Below the pieces are notes generated by a model that ran no database searches, had not been told where the DNA came from, and saw only the letters and a list, made by a program, of their open reading frames with translations. DNA of 61,319 nt, filler included. It is 5 parts of 5 records of this genome, joined end to end, with 100 filler letters (N's around TTAATTAATTAA, not from the genome) between each part and the next. Parts side by side here need not be neighbours in the genome. Positions count along the whole stretch, not along the records: positions 1 to 26,825 come from SRR20825019_2854; 4 more parts are not named here. One strand, 5' to 3'. The first letter of the stretch is position 1; every line of letters begins with the position of its first letter. The position numbers and the translations under genes were made by a program. Positions 11,028 through 24,760 of this stretch are shown here, in pieces.

Positions 11028-14000
11028 TCAATGTACTGTCTCATATCCAAATCGGTCGTTTTCCGGGGAGGTGTCCATCCCTTCATCCTTAAGATGTCTT
11101 GCTGCATACGTTTCAATCAGTTCATCGAACTTAGTCACATCTGCGCACAATACTCACCCTATTGTGTAAGGTATTGCTGAGTGTGCACACATCTTGAACA
11201 TCGCAGGTATGACATGTAGCCGCAAGTGTCAGATTCTTCATATCCGTTTCGATACTACAACAGGCAAGATGAGTCAGTAACTCGCACAACCAGATAAACT
11301 CAACCGTACTTGAGGTTTAGAGCTGTCTCGAGAGCAGGAATGTCTGCGCCCATCAGCTCAAACAAGTTCACTTCTCCAACACAGTCCACATGCCCATTCT
11401 TATTCACGTTGCCAAACACAAATGGATGCGTCATCTTCTTAGCCTCGAGCATGCCCTTCCACTTCATTTCTGGGGGTGGAGTATGTGAGTCTTCATTGAA
11501 GCTGGATTTGGTCCGAGTGCGACGGATGCTAAGGAATGTATTTGAAGCTTCTGGTCTAGTCTCTCTCAGGTGGTTACTGGACTCTTCTTTGGTGCTACTA
11601 AGCCACAGCTTAGGCCAGTCTTTGGGATCCATTTCACCCTTGATCCTCTCTTCGCATAGATGGTATATCTCCCATACGGCCTCCTCCTTCAGTTTATCTA
11701 GCTTTCCATTCCAATACACTGTACAGCAGATTAGTTCCGTGGGTATCACAAATCATTCACACACACAAGGAAAACAATCACGTAGAATGAAAGAAGATGC
11801 TTCTCGTCTCATTGACCGAATCAAATTGATGAGGCTTGGAGAAGGAATTTGATTTTGGTCGGGAGATCTGGATTGTACTTAGTGACCCTGGTGCAAATAG
11901 GTATGGCAACCTACCTCTCGTTTCCATCATCAAATACAAAATAGCCACCGCTGACACGCCAGCGATGGACATCATAACTCGGACTCACGCCTATAAACAG
12001 GGCATAGAGAAGCTTTTTTTGCGATAAGAAACAAGCTGACCAAGGGAGAGGAGACCCATACCTTGTGAATTGCGTCATAGATAGTGTGCAAAGCACGCAA
12101 GGTCCCGTTTCTCCAGAAATAATCCTTGATCTCGACCATGGTGGGGTAATCCTTGACAGCTTGGGTTATGGCAACCGTGGAATCGTCATCACTAATCAAA
12201 TCTTCCCAGTCATTGTTTACATTCTCCGACAGCATCCACTTTCTATCGGTTCTCTTTGATATTTTTTCTTCGTCCAATGTGCTGCGGGCTCTAGAGTTAG
12301 TACCTCTGTAACATGACAATGACAGCGAATAGCATACTTATATAGAGACTTTCCTTCTACTGAAGAGATCAACGCAGTTGTGAGAGATGGGAAAACCTTC
12401 AGATTCCCACAGACGTCCTCTGGGACAACAGTTGTTTGCTTCACAATTTCTTTCACGTCCAAGCTCTTGTTGATGAAAGGTGTGATTTTCCATTCGACGC
12501 CGCCACATTTACCCTGTTTTATGTCAGAGCAGGCGTACTAAATGCAGCGTCCACAATACCCTCAAACTAGCCCACACATCGAAAGTAGGATTGATTTCCA
12601 ATTGCATCTGCTTAGTCTTTGGATCCTTACCCAGGTAGAATTTGGCCAGATACCCAACATGGAAATACCATCCATTCCTGTATCAGATTGTCAACAGAGC
12701 TTGCGGAACCAGTCCATAGTCCTATCTTACGATTTCATAATCCGTGTGAAGTTGTGCAACGGAAGCTTTCCATATTCATCAGTGTACAACGGAAGAAACT
12801 CCCAGACGAAAGGTCTCACTCCCTCTAGCAGGTATTTGAACACAAGCATCATGTGGGTCTTCTTGCGAGGATCGAAAGTCCACTCCTCCTTGTTCCCCGC
12901 CAGAGTTGCAGCTGCTATGTGACACATCTGATAATCATGGTGAGGGTGCTGCAATCTCATCAAATCCTTGTTCCGCTTCAAGATTTCTACCCACAGGTCC
13001 TTTTCGTGGGAGGGAAACTGCATACAACATCTCAATTAAATGATTGTTATTTTCAAATTTGAATTGCACATACCAGCTGAGTTCGAAGCTCTTTCTCTTT
13101 GTCCAGCACTTGCTGGATGACCATTCCAACCAACAATTCATCTGGCAACTTGTATGTGAGCAAGGTAATATACATATAATGGATGGAGCTCACCCTTGCC
13201 CGTCTTAACTGGCTTATACGGACACACCTGCCCCACATCTTCAGCGATTTTTGTGTTGCTCTGTCGTGACAGAAAATTAGTGCGCCATAAAGATCAAGAG
13301 ACCATATTACCTTTTTTTCCACACGAAAGCCCTTCTGCTGTTCGGCAGCCATACTGAAATCTCCATTAAGTACCGAATTGTGGCAATACTCAAGAAACTT
13401 ACTTTGCAAGATCCTTCATATCCTTCAAAACGAAATCATCGTCATCGGACTCCGAGCCTGACGTATAGTTGCCAGCATCCTTGTCTTCTTCGGTAGCGCG
13501 ATCTCTCGTATGAATGACGCCAGCAGTAGAATTAAATGCCAAGGACAGTGCCCTATCTACGCTTTTCCTCCTGCGTTCTTTGTAGAGATGTACCTTCACA
13601 GACTTTTTCGGGTCACTATTTAAAGAACGATACTCAAGTGCTGGCGTTGTTCCCGGCTGAGGTACTGTCTGTTAAGAGGCTCGCACGATCCTGTATATTT
13701 CATCCTACTTACCCTCACAAGAGGTGATGTGACCTGTGGGGTCGGAGAATTTGATCTGGATTGTCTCCTGGATGCGCGCCCGGAAGAAATATGGGATGAC
13801 TTCGATACTCTACGAGCCTGAAAAATTGTCAACTTCTGGAGCACATACTATTCAGAATGACATACCAATCGGGTGTCTGTTCGAAGGATAGCCTTGGACG
13901 TTGACCTTCGCGGACTCTCCAGGGACATCCATTTCTTGTTTCTGACCACATGCTGTTATTTGAAGACAACTGGACAGTGTTTAGATTCTACGCTTACTGT

Positions 14001-16393
14001 TCCTCAATGAATTTCTGCTCCTCGCTGTCATCAGGAATAGACATGGCCATTTCTCTCCTGGTAAGGGAATCCTGGTCCAAATTTAACAAATGCGGTATAT
14101 CTCCATTTGTCTTCACCTACCATTGCATACAAATGCAAATCTTTCTTCTTTGCATGACGGGATTTCACCGGACTGAGGTTATTTTTTTCTTCCCATTCGC
14201 GCAAAGTTTGGAACTGAGAAGAAGTCAATTCAGAAATCCATTCGCGAAAAACATAAAACTGACATCTTCACGAAGGTTATCGCCTTCAACACTCAAAGCG
14301 TCAATATTCTGAAATCCTGAATGATATTCTTCCATTGCGGACAAACTTCGCGGTGAGCTCAATGTCTCGATTGGATTTTCTGCAACTGGGTTCACAACCA
14401 TCTCATATGCCTCAACGTTCTGGTGTTGCAAAAGTAAGCAATTGACTTGGGTGCCATCTCTTGACTTACTGCATTGGATGTGGATGCAGATCCACCAATT
14501 ACGGTATTAGAATCCTGTTTTAGATATTCAACTGGTATTGCTCAAAATTAGATTCGTGACATAATCTTTCGAGTCCCACTCACCAAAGTCTTCCGCTGTC
14601 AATCCATGCCCAAGATCCATATTATCAGGCAAGTTGACCATTCCCTTATCATCCATTGAGGAGAGCCATAACTCCCAGTCCTTTTTTACTGGCCCTTTTG
14701 CTTTCTTCGCCATCTCAACGTCTCCTTGCCCATAATCGCGTGCCCCACCACTAGATTTCGAGACACTGATCGACCGCAACAGTCCATTAGCACTATCAGG
14801 CAATGCATACTTGTTAGTTCTGCACTATGTCGTTGGAGGCACAATATTACCTTTCGGCTTGCGCGGTAACAGTTGGTTGAGATATTGAAGTCCGCCTCAA
14901 ACTGTCTTGATCGGGCTGGGCAATCATGATTGTTTTCTTTCCCAAAGGCAATGATAACTGTGCAGCCAGCTCCATAACTTCCATCACATTCTACTCAAGT
15001 AGTGAATATATCTTTCCAGCAAATGAGCCAACCCGCATACCTTCGATATCAGTTCACATAATTTGACATTGTTCAGCATCATTCCTGCCATTTTGCCGGT
15101 GCTGTGACAACAATACTGTCATCGAATATTCCACCTACGAAGAGCATACTTCTCCATACCTATCCGCATCAATCTGATAACACATGGTGAAGAAGCCTCG
15201 TTTACATGCTCTAGTACGTGCGTCTATTGAAATTCATGAGGAGCGTGCAGAAATCTACAGTGGATTGCCATACCATGCCTTGGTCCCAAGCTCTCTGGGT
15301 CGATCACTTGTTCGCTAATGACACAACCGGACGGGAATATACTAACTGATGATTGCCGTTCTTCCCGCCCTTCTCTTTTAAGATTGACAGTTTCTATTGA
15401 AAACACGGAGTGGGAAGTTGATTTGTCATGTAGTGTAGTCTGCATATATTATGATTAAGATTAGAAGAACGCCAGACAGGCACCCCTACCTCCACCTGCC
15501 CTCCGAGAAGGGTGTACTCTCCTATAACTTGATTGGTGGAGGCACGCTTGTTCTTCACTTTGTAAATCACCGAGTTATTTTCTTCATACTGCGCCAAGAG
15601 GCTTTCGTGGACAGACACCTTCACAAGAGGTTAAGAACTATACGAAGAAAGCTACGATGATCAATTACCGCCTCATTATGCAACAAGAGAAGGTGGAACT
15701 TGGATATACCACTCGTCAGGATAATCTTTTTGACCACATCAGGATCAATATCATCAGGGATTTGGTGAGATGCCCTAACGGTTAGTAAACGTGACCCGTG
15801 CTGCAAAGAACAGGATCAGTGGTACAAAGAGAAAAGATATATTGATATACCTCACAGATTTCAATTCTGCAGGGAAGAGGTGGTCCGGGTGCCTTCTCAA
15901 ACTTGAAATGCTTCGGGTTATATATTCCAACATTCCGCTGCTTGGAACATATTGACAAAACATCGTCCAAGCTTTGGTTAACATGAGTCTGAACTTTCTT
16001 TCTTGTCTTTGACCTGTTTAGACCGTCGTGCACTATTCCAAATAACTTACTATACCGCTGTGCACATGTCAGCGTTGCGTGTCCTCAAAAGTTCGGAAAA
16101 GCATCCCCAATCCTTACATTTCGAACGTAATTTTCATCTTTCTCCGGATCGAACGCGATTGATGACATGGACCGAACCAGCATCGGCGTTCCGGTGGAGG
16201 ACCTCCGGTCGATCGATGACCTCCTTTGCATACCCGTACCTTTTGGTATCCAAATGTTTGGTAGACGAAATGGTTTGTAGATTGTTAAAAGAAAGCGGTT
16301 TGGAAAGACAAGCAGCACTTATCGGTGGGCCTGTCCACACTCCACCCGAGTGCCAGAAAGACTAGTGTGCTTGGCTGGATGTCACCCGGCCAT
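11028..16393 (-). CDS. Large uncharacterised multi-exon protein (may be more than one gene; start uncertain)
   Basis: Continuous chain of minus-strand ORF segments linked by short GT-AG introns; no family motif recognised. Confidence 0.5.
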
Positions 16394-17420
16394 GGCCCAG
16401 TGAGTCAAACGGGCTGGCACTCGTTCCGGCGCCAGTAGTGGTTTGTCACTGAGTCAAGGGACCCGGCACAAGATGGTGGCCGGCCGGGCCCGGCTAAACC
16501 CGGCGAGGCACGGGCACATCGGTACCCGGCAGCCGGGCCGGTCCTGTGTCCGGTCAGCGCCGGCTCAGGAGTCGCCCGCGCGCCAGCGACCGGGAGGTGG
16601 TGTCACCGCGGCTGGCCGGCCGCGCGGCCAGCTGCCCGGCCCCCGGCTGCAGTGTTCCGGCGTGGGTCTTGAGTGTGACGCCGGTCGCGTCCCGCTGTGA
16701 CTGCGTTTGACGGCCGTGCTGGCTATGGGCACGTGACGCACAGGACTATGATGATGATGAGTCACCGTACGCCCAAGTGAGTACCACTTATCCCGTTCAG
16801 TTGTGATACTATCGAGATAGTGAGATTCGATCTCAATTTTGCTGGCGGTTACGGAAATGACGGGGACGGACCCCCGCACGTGACGGGCCGGGACGCGGAG
16901 CGGACCGCCGTGGCCACCGTCGTCACCTCCCGCCACGGCAACCACCGTCCGCTCGCGGCTGCTGGGCCGTCCTGATGTCCGCCTCGAGCTATTCAGGAAC
17001 GTCAGTCATCATTGTCCGGCCTGGCTGGACTAGGGTTCGGCCGCCGTAGTACGGGTCAACTGACTTGGCCCGCCAGCGAGTGGGGCGCCCCGCCGAACGG
17101 TCCCGTCAGTGAAGCATCCTCTCATCGGCGACTCGTATTGATCCGTGCAAATGCCTAACTGCGGAACACTCTCCCACAAGGGCCACCAAGTCATGGTCAT
17201 GATCGGCCCTGTTCTTGTAGGCTTGCACTGGAAACGCAAATGACGTTCAGCCAGTACGCGACATGCACCAGGACTATTCTCGGCAGCGCCTTTGCTCACA
17301 TGAAGAGACAATGTCGGATAGCGCTTCATCACAGTACTAGTTTCATTGTGGGACTGGAAATCATCGACATAAGATTCCCTTCAAGATATAGAGGAAGTGC
17401 TGTTGAGTCTCGAAGGCGTC

Positions 17421-19077
17421 ATGACGTCGGTTCGAAGTATGGGAGTGCCCTTTCCCAGTTCAATCGATGATGTGAGTGTTGCAAGTTCATAAGAATATAC
17501 TAAACCAACACTCTTGTCTACAGAAAAGGAGGAGAAGGCCACGGCTTGACTCCCTTCAGATGTCCCAAGCAGAAGATAATGAACTCAAGTGTGCACGATC
17601 AAGACTGGAACACCTGAAACGGGCAAACTTAGATTTAAGGCAACAAATACGGAAAAAGTATGTCACCTGCAGCATCGGTCATGTTAGGGTCTAATGGCTA
17701 TTTCTATAGTATTCTTGGTCGTCCGGAAGACATTATCCAGTCTGCATATGCTCTAGAGCAGTCTAAAGAAAACAAACGTGTGGAAAACGTATCTGAGCGC
17801 GCGGGATTAAATGCTTTTGTTCGAAAGCTGCAGCCCTTATCTCATGACAAGGGAAGTGGAGGACAACAGAGAGTTGTTTTGAGAAGGTAAGTCACGAAAA
17901 GGACGCGCTGACCGCCTGCTAATTTTTTTTCAGTGGAATGGATGGGGTCAGCACTGCCCCCTCCTGGCTGGGGAGAAACGTGAAAGAAAGGCACCAAGTT
18001 ATTGGGCGAGCACGAGCTATTCTTTCCAGCAATTCGAAAAGTGCGCAAGTTGAATCGACTCCTGAAGCACCTCGTGCGGCCTTTGGAGGGCTGGACGGTG
18101 ACGCTGAAACAACAGTGGGTCCTTCCAGAATGAATGAAAGTCCACATGGGTGCAGCCCAGCACCCCCACGCGGTCCTCTCCGATTTGGAAAGAATGTATC
18201 TCCGAAGAAAAATCAAGTATCTAAGGCTTCACCGCAGAAACAGGTTAATGTAGTAGCACCGGAGAGCAAGCTGTGTGGCGATCGTAGAACAGACTCAGGA
18301 GAAAACTTAGATAACTTCGACTATGAAACATATGTTCCTGAAAATGATGGCTTGGAATATAATGATGCAGACGAAAGTGAAGAGGAAGATGATGACGACG
18401 AGCATCACCAAAAACCCCTTAATTATCCCGTTGCTTTTCTCGAGCTGAGGGACCTCATTGAAATACACTTGGACTATAGCCTGAAGCTTCGAGATCTCTA
18501 TGAACAATCCGAAGCTCTGCGCGAAATTCTGCCTCAGGATCAGGTAAGGACTGTCATATTGAAGTGTTCGACGTGCCGCTGAGACGTAAGGCATATCAGT
18601 GGACAGACGAAGATTGGAAAAAGGAAAATGAGATCCAATCATCTGCCAGGACATTGGTAGAAGAGGCAGAAGTCTTTTCACAGGCGTTCCGGTTATATCC
18701 CGGTAGGTTTGCGATTCGTTTTCATCGATTCCTGCTGACATACTCGCGTGATAGATCTATTGTGGACCATACATGAGTTGTATACGGAAAGGAAGAGCCT
18801 CTTGCTTGAACTCCAGGAGTTAGACGTCGAGTACATGCGGATTTTCGGGGAAGGAGGATCGCCGAATCATATCACTGACAAAGAGGTGAGAGCGACAAAT
18901 AGTATGCAGGGTCGCACAGCTGACGCAAGAACAAAGGAGGACGAAATGTCCACAAAAATGGAAAGTCTTGAAATAGAGCTGGAGACACTAGAAGAAAGCA
19001 TCAGAACAATCATTGAGGAATACAATGAGGAGCAGAATGAGGATAATAATCGGGCAAGCTCCAGTAATTGTAGGTGA
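17421..19077 (+). CDS. Uncharacterised coiled-coil/acidic protein, multi-exon
   Basis: MTSVRSMGVPFPSSIDD|KRRRRPRL (in-phase GT-AG intron); acidic tract and heptad-rich C-terminus. Confidence 0.6.
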
Positions 19078-19214
19078 AGGGTTCTTCATTTACAATGCTT
19101 TGGCAAGGCTCCCAATCTCCAGCTAACCACCGAAGTAAAACTGTCGCTTGCTACCCAAGAAAAAAAAAGCTAAACTTTATAGCCAAGCGTACGTTTGGCT
19201 CTTGGAACGGATAC

Positions 19215-20208
19215 TCATGGGCTATTTGAAACAAAAGTTAGTATGGCGACTACACTCCCAGGCAACCAAGTTCACACCTAGCGGCGTAACGCGGAGGTGT
19301 CCTAGAGCGCTCCCGATAACCGCCATGATCACGGCGGTTGTAGCCGCCTCTGCCACTATCTTCGCCCTCTCCAGGACGATTTCCTGACGGCTTCTTGTCA
19401 AGTCCCACATCCCAGTCTAACCGCAAACGTCGGCCTTCTAAGTCGTATTCTTGGAACCGAGAATAGGCGTCCTCGGCATCTTTTCTATCTTCGAATGTAA
19501 CAAAACCAAATCCCTTGGACTCACCGGTTCTCTTGTTCATACCAACAGTAGCCTGTCGGATACCCAGAGCGAAGACATACGTTAGACGGACATTCAGTTC
19601 GCTCACCGCGGGAGCCTAGTTCTTTGTGTCTTACCTTCTCAAGGGGACCACACTTTTCGAAAAGCTCGGCCAGGTCACGGTCAGCAACACGGTATGATAG
19701 GTTTCCCACGAACAAACACCGAGAAGTCTCGCGATCTTGCTGGTTACCCAAGAAGGGCTTGCGGGCGGGCCTGCGATCACGGAAGTCGCGCCCACCGTCG
19801 CGGCGGTCGCCGTAGCTAAAGAAGGACGTCATCATTCCAATGCAAATGGCACGATGTCAAACTAAGGCGCACCTGTTGCGCCTGCTCCGATACTCTCCGC
19901 GCCGATCATCGTAGTGGCTGTCTCTACCACCATAACGATCGTCACCATCTCGGCTGCGGTCGTGCCTCCTGTCGTGCCTCCTGTCGTCTCTCCTGTCATC
20001 CCTCCTTTCGCTGCGGCGACCACCCCCATCCCCATATCTTCCTTCATGAGATGGCCTTGGAGAGCGCGAACGAGAAAACTTGCGACGGGACTGCCTGTCA
20101 TCGGGTGAACGCGAGCGAGAGTGGGATCCGGGCTGCAGCAAAAGGTGCGTTAGTAAAATATTGAAAGGCCGAGACAAGGCAGCGGCAAAGTAGGGATATT
20201 CATACCAT
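19215..20208 (-). CDS. RS-domain RRM RNA-binding protein (Tra2/SR-like splicing factor)
   Basis: SRSRSP and RD repeats; RNP2 LFVGNL and RNP1 KGFGFVTF; ATG followed directly by an intron. Confidence 0.9.
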
Positions 20209-20986
20209 TTTAAACAAAGCTCGGTTCTCTAAGCCACGTCAAATAGGTCTAGCATGTAAGTGTACGGAATCATATGTGCAGGAATTAAATTCAAGACCTC
20301 ACTGGTAGCAAGGGTAGAATATGGACAGGCTACGCGAATATCAAACAGCCTTGCGACTGAACGCATGAGTCCTTGGACGAGAGGGCCCGGCAGCCGGGCT
20401 GGATGACTCAGGCGCGCCGGCCGGGTGTGACCACAGGGCGTGACCCGTGGGGCCGGCCCCGCCGGGCCGCCGGGCCGGCGCATCAGACAGAGCCGGGCCA
20501 GTCCACCCGCCGCTCATACCACCGGCCTCACTCATGCGACAGCCAACTAAACGTACCGTGGGCGGCTACCCGGCACCGGACGGGACCCGGCCAAGACCCA
20601 CCCCGGCCAGGCCGGCCCGGCCAGGCTCACTGACTGCCCACCGGGGCGGCCAGGCCGGGTCGACCGGACCCTCACGGCCGCGGTCCCCGGCATGCGCGAT
20701 CGCCCCTGGCGGGCCGTCAGTGGCCGGCCGGGTACGGCGCCGGCGGCCTGCCCGGGAATGAACAAGGCAACTGAAGGTTTCGATTCCCGCCAAATAGTAC
20801 TATTTCGAGGAACGCGATCCTCCACGATCTTATGGGATCCAAAGGGTCAGCAGAGTTGGCTGACTCCCAACTCCTAGAAATGACTTGGCGCTGATTCGAA
20901 AAGTAAAATTAAGCACGGTTAGCCGAATTAGAGGGGTTCTGAACACTATATTTGTGTATTCCGGGCGGAGATGTCTAGCGAGAGTA

Positions 20987-21649
20987 TGTCTACAAAAGAA
21001 TCTTCGCTCGTCGCGTGGCAGAATTGGTTGGGAATTGGTGTCGGAGGAAGTATCTGCCCTTTAGAGATTTTGTTATGAGGAGGAAGTCGCTAATGGAGGT
21101 TATGGCTATTGGACCAGGTCACTCAAGACCGGGGTGTGTCTTTTGATATTGATTCTAAAATTAGAAACCGGCGATGCCTGTGCTTCACTGAAATGTGAAC
21201 AAGCACTCTCAGCTGTATCATATGGTTCACGAGGGGTCACGACTTACATTATAAGCGACAGCTATTCCAAGCACAGTATGTACAATGATGGTGGCACCGG
21301 CTTGGGGACTAATGTTCTTGTAGGGTGATGGAGGATATAGAAAACACGACTTGAGGCAAACGGCTCGTGGAGTTGTGAGCGATTTCTCCACAGGTTGAGG
21401 CCAGCCAGTGCTTGTCCAAACAGAGGAAGGACGTCTTATATCCTGATGATGTGTCTTAGGTCGGTATCTGGCTGACTGACGACTAAGACACCACTGAGGA
21501 TGATGACGCGCATTCTTGGATAGCTGTTGAAGGCGATTGTGTTGTTTCCAGGATAAATAGAGGCTTCCCAGAAGGCTGCGGATGAGGAGGGTCGCCTAGA
21601 TGAGGAAGACTACCCTCCTTCTTCAAAATAGGAGTCTGATGATGCCTAA
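20987..21649 (+). pseudogene. Probable decayed multi-exon gene
   Basis: GT-AG intron-like segments, but the best-looking exon frames contain internal TGA (21352, 21376), TAG (21521, 21629) and TAA (21554). Confidence 0.35.
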
Positions 21650-21684
21650 TAGACGGGCCCAATGCTGGAAAGTGATTTACGTAT

Positions 21685-24297
21685 CTAAATCATTTCTTCC
21701 CACGGTTTGCTCAGAGCCAAGGCACAATGGATGAGGGAGACCATTACGTGTGTCTGCCATGAAGGGTTAGATGACTTTCTTAGTGGTGCATGGAGACTTA
21801 CACTTGGATAGTTGCCCCACAACTCTTGGGTGTCTGCACCAAATTCACTTGACAGCAAACCGAGGTCCGACCTTTCGTCCAGCATTTTCTCAAAGAGTTC
21901 TCTTGCTTCTTCGTCCCTACCAACTGCCTTCAAAGCACTAATATACCAGAACGTGCACACAAACATAGGATATCTTTCATTTTGCATTACCGTGGCTTCA
22001 TCCCTGTAGGTGAATTAGCAGATCTCGATTGAATCTACCGAGTAAGAGACAAACCTATACATCATGCCCTCATGCATGAGCCTTTTCTCTATTAGAGAGA
22101 GGGTAGATACAAACTTTGGGTCTGTCGCTTTGACAAAGCCAACCTGCGGTAACAACAGAAGGGATGCGTCAACCTTATCCCTACACAGCTCCTGTCACAA
22201 AGCATCTAAAACCATCTCAATGTAATATACCCATTGAACGTTGACACAAAGCTCTCGACTTCTCCATTCCAAATAACAGCAGAGATTTCTCTGTGCAGCT
22301 TTTCCGCATGTTGCCTCCAGAACTTGCTTCTATCACGAAGGCTGATCTGGTTAGCAATCTTTGCCTAGTCAAGAAAATTGGTGGATTGAGACAACTTTTT
22401 CTATCACTATATGCACGGAAACTTACTAATCGGTCACACGCGGCCCAAGACATTACAGCACAAAAGGAATCCAGCTATGCAACACTGTCGATAAAACGCA
22501 AGGATTCGACGAAGGCACATACCCTCTTCTGGGCACAATCATCTGTCAAGAAAAACCCGGTCAACTCAGGCTTATCGTACACCTCGAGAGCAATCATTCC
22601 CAGTTTCTCGAGGCAGTGATAGAGGCGAACATTTCCCGGGTGAGTAATTCTCTTGTCGAAAAAGAACTGATTTGGATAAACTCAGTGTCAAGAGTGCATT
22701 GAGATTCGCCCTATGATACACACCTGTGTTGCTGCCATGATCACGCTGCCGTATACATCTGACCTCTTGATGTCAAAAGATCTGTTGCCGTACCTCACTG
22801 GGCCACACCCTCTATAGCCTCCAAGTGATTTGGCAATGACCTCGGGAGCGGATTTTTCCATGGCGATTCCAAATACTGGATTAAACAACCCACCATCTGC
22901 CTTGTGGATAATATTTGTAAGAAAGCGAAGGAAATCCTCCAGCATCTGTACTGCTCCCAGTCGGTTAAGCGTATGAATCGTGTTGGAGGCATCGCGGAGC
23001 CAACAGAAACGGTAGTCCCAGTTCCTCTCAGCCCTGGGGTGCTCGGGGATAGATGTTGTAATTGCGGCTACGATAGCCCCACTAGCTATTTGTCAGACTA
23101 TAACGCCAGGATCCATAAAACACCATAAGGCACACCTTTCTTCGTACGTGCACATCTTCACGGTAATCGCTGCGCGAATCACAGCTTCTTGCCATTCAAA
23201 TGGCAACACCAGAGACCGCACCCAACTTTGCCAATAATCTTCCGTCTAATAACGGATTCTTAGAATCCAAGCAAACATTGCCCAATGCACAAACCTTCTC
23301 AAGAAAATCTCTGCACATGTCTGGGAGACTCCGCGTGATCATTTCGTCGGGCCCAAGAACGAAATATATCTCATCTTCCAAAATGAACTCGGTCTGAAAC
23401 AGCTGTTATGCACCGATGCCATTCCACTTGAGCTAGAGACCAGTCCATACCTCCGCAGCCACAAACGTGACAGGTGCATCGGTAGTCAAGCGAATGGTTT
23501 GGTTGGGCATGACATACTAGCAATATCATACGTGAGGTCACCGCCACAAAACGAAATAATTCCTTCTTTACCCTGATGGAGTTACTTCCGTGTGTCACGG
23601 TGGGGCGGCTTTTGCCGTACGAATGGAGGGGTCTCAAACGGACTTGAATCATCGGATAACCGGCCAGTGGCTTGACCTTACGAATGAGCATAGTTGGTCG
23701 GAAAACTCTGCCATATTGGCGGAACCTAGGTGCGAAATCGGTCACCTCAATTGCCCCTCCAACCTTGTCATATAGCTTAGTGACCTGCGCCGATCACACT
23801 TAAGACGTCTTGTCGGCAAACCACACCAACTAATTATCTCACCAAAACAGCCGAATTCTTTGAGTATCTTTGCTCCGTTCTCGCCATATTTACAATAGAT
23901 ATGCCAAAGACACCCTCATCCCTTAACAAAGGCGATCAGTCTATAGCATGACACCATACCATACCTCCTTACTTGAGCTCCCCTTTGGGTCCAATTAGGT
24001 GACAAAAAACTGGGTCAGAGTCGAGACGAGGGAAGCAGGCAAACTCAACGCTTGCATTCTTGTCAATGAGAGCAGCAAACCTCCCATTCCCGACCAAGCC
24101 TAAGTTTAGGTTTGATGGACTCTCCGGCGTATCAATTTGCCTGGGTACAAGGATAAGTTGCGGAAAGTCAAAAACACATAGGGTGTGTCACTTTTGCTTG
24201 TGCTCAGCGTTCTTGGAGTCCTTTTGCGAAGTCGACTGAAAAGTGCTGCTTGGAGCTGTTGCGGGGCGAGCAGCCTGAGCAGGAGGCTCCGCAGCAT
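21685..24297 (-). CDS. Glycoside hydrolase family 15 (bacterial-type trehalase-like), multi-exon, Arg/Leu-rich N-terminal extension
   Basis: LGLVGNG, FACFPRLDSDPVF, TDFAPRF, RNWDYRFCWLRDAS, GYRGCGPVRYGN, DLGLLSSE..LWGNYP motifs of GH15. Confidence 0.9.
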
Positions 24298-24760
24298 CTC
24301 CTGCCTCTCCCATATTTGCGACTCTATCGTTCAGAGATATGCAATTTGCTGACTTCTTATAGCAGTGAAAACCGGTCAGACTCTGCTGGTGTCGGCCCGC
24401 CGCGGCTCGAACCGCGGCCGGCGGCGCGGGCAGCCCGGCCGCGCGGGCGTCCTGCCGGGCGGCGTCCCCCGCGCCGGACGCCCGCCGCTTGGGGCACGGC
24501 GGCGGGCGCGACGCGGCGGCCGGCCCCGCCCCAGCTGATTTCGGAGATATTTGGAGTCTGGGACTACAAAACTACTCAAAAGATAATCGCCCGTATCACT
24601 GACAGGAAAGAGACAGACCATGATACATAACCTGGGCCAAAGGACCGGAAGCGCCGCGTCCAACCAGTTGGAACGCAGCCATCAACGCCTTGATGAACAG
24701 GCTTCAATCAAAAACATGTCTAGTAGAGCTAGGAGAGCAATGATCATGTCTACAGTTTAC

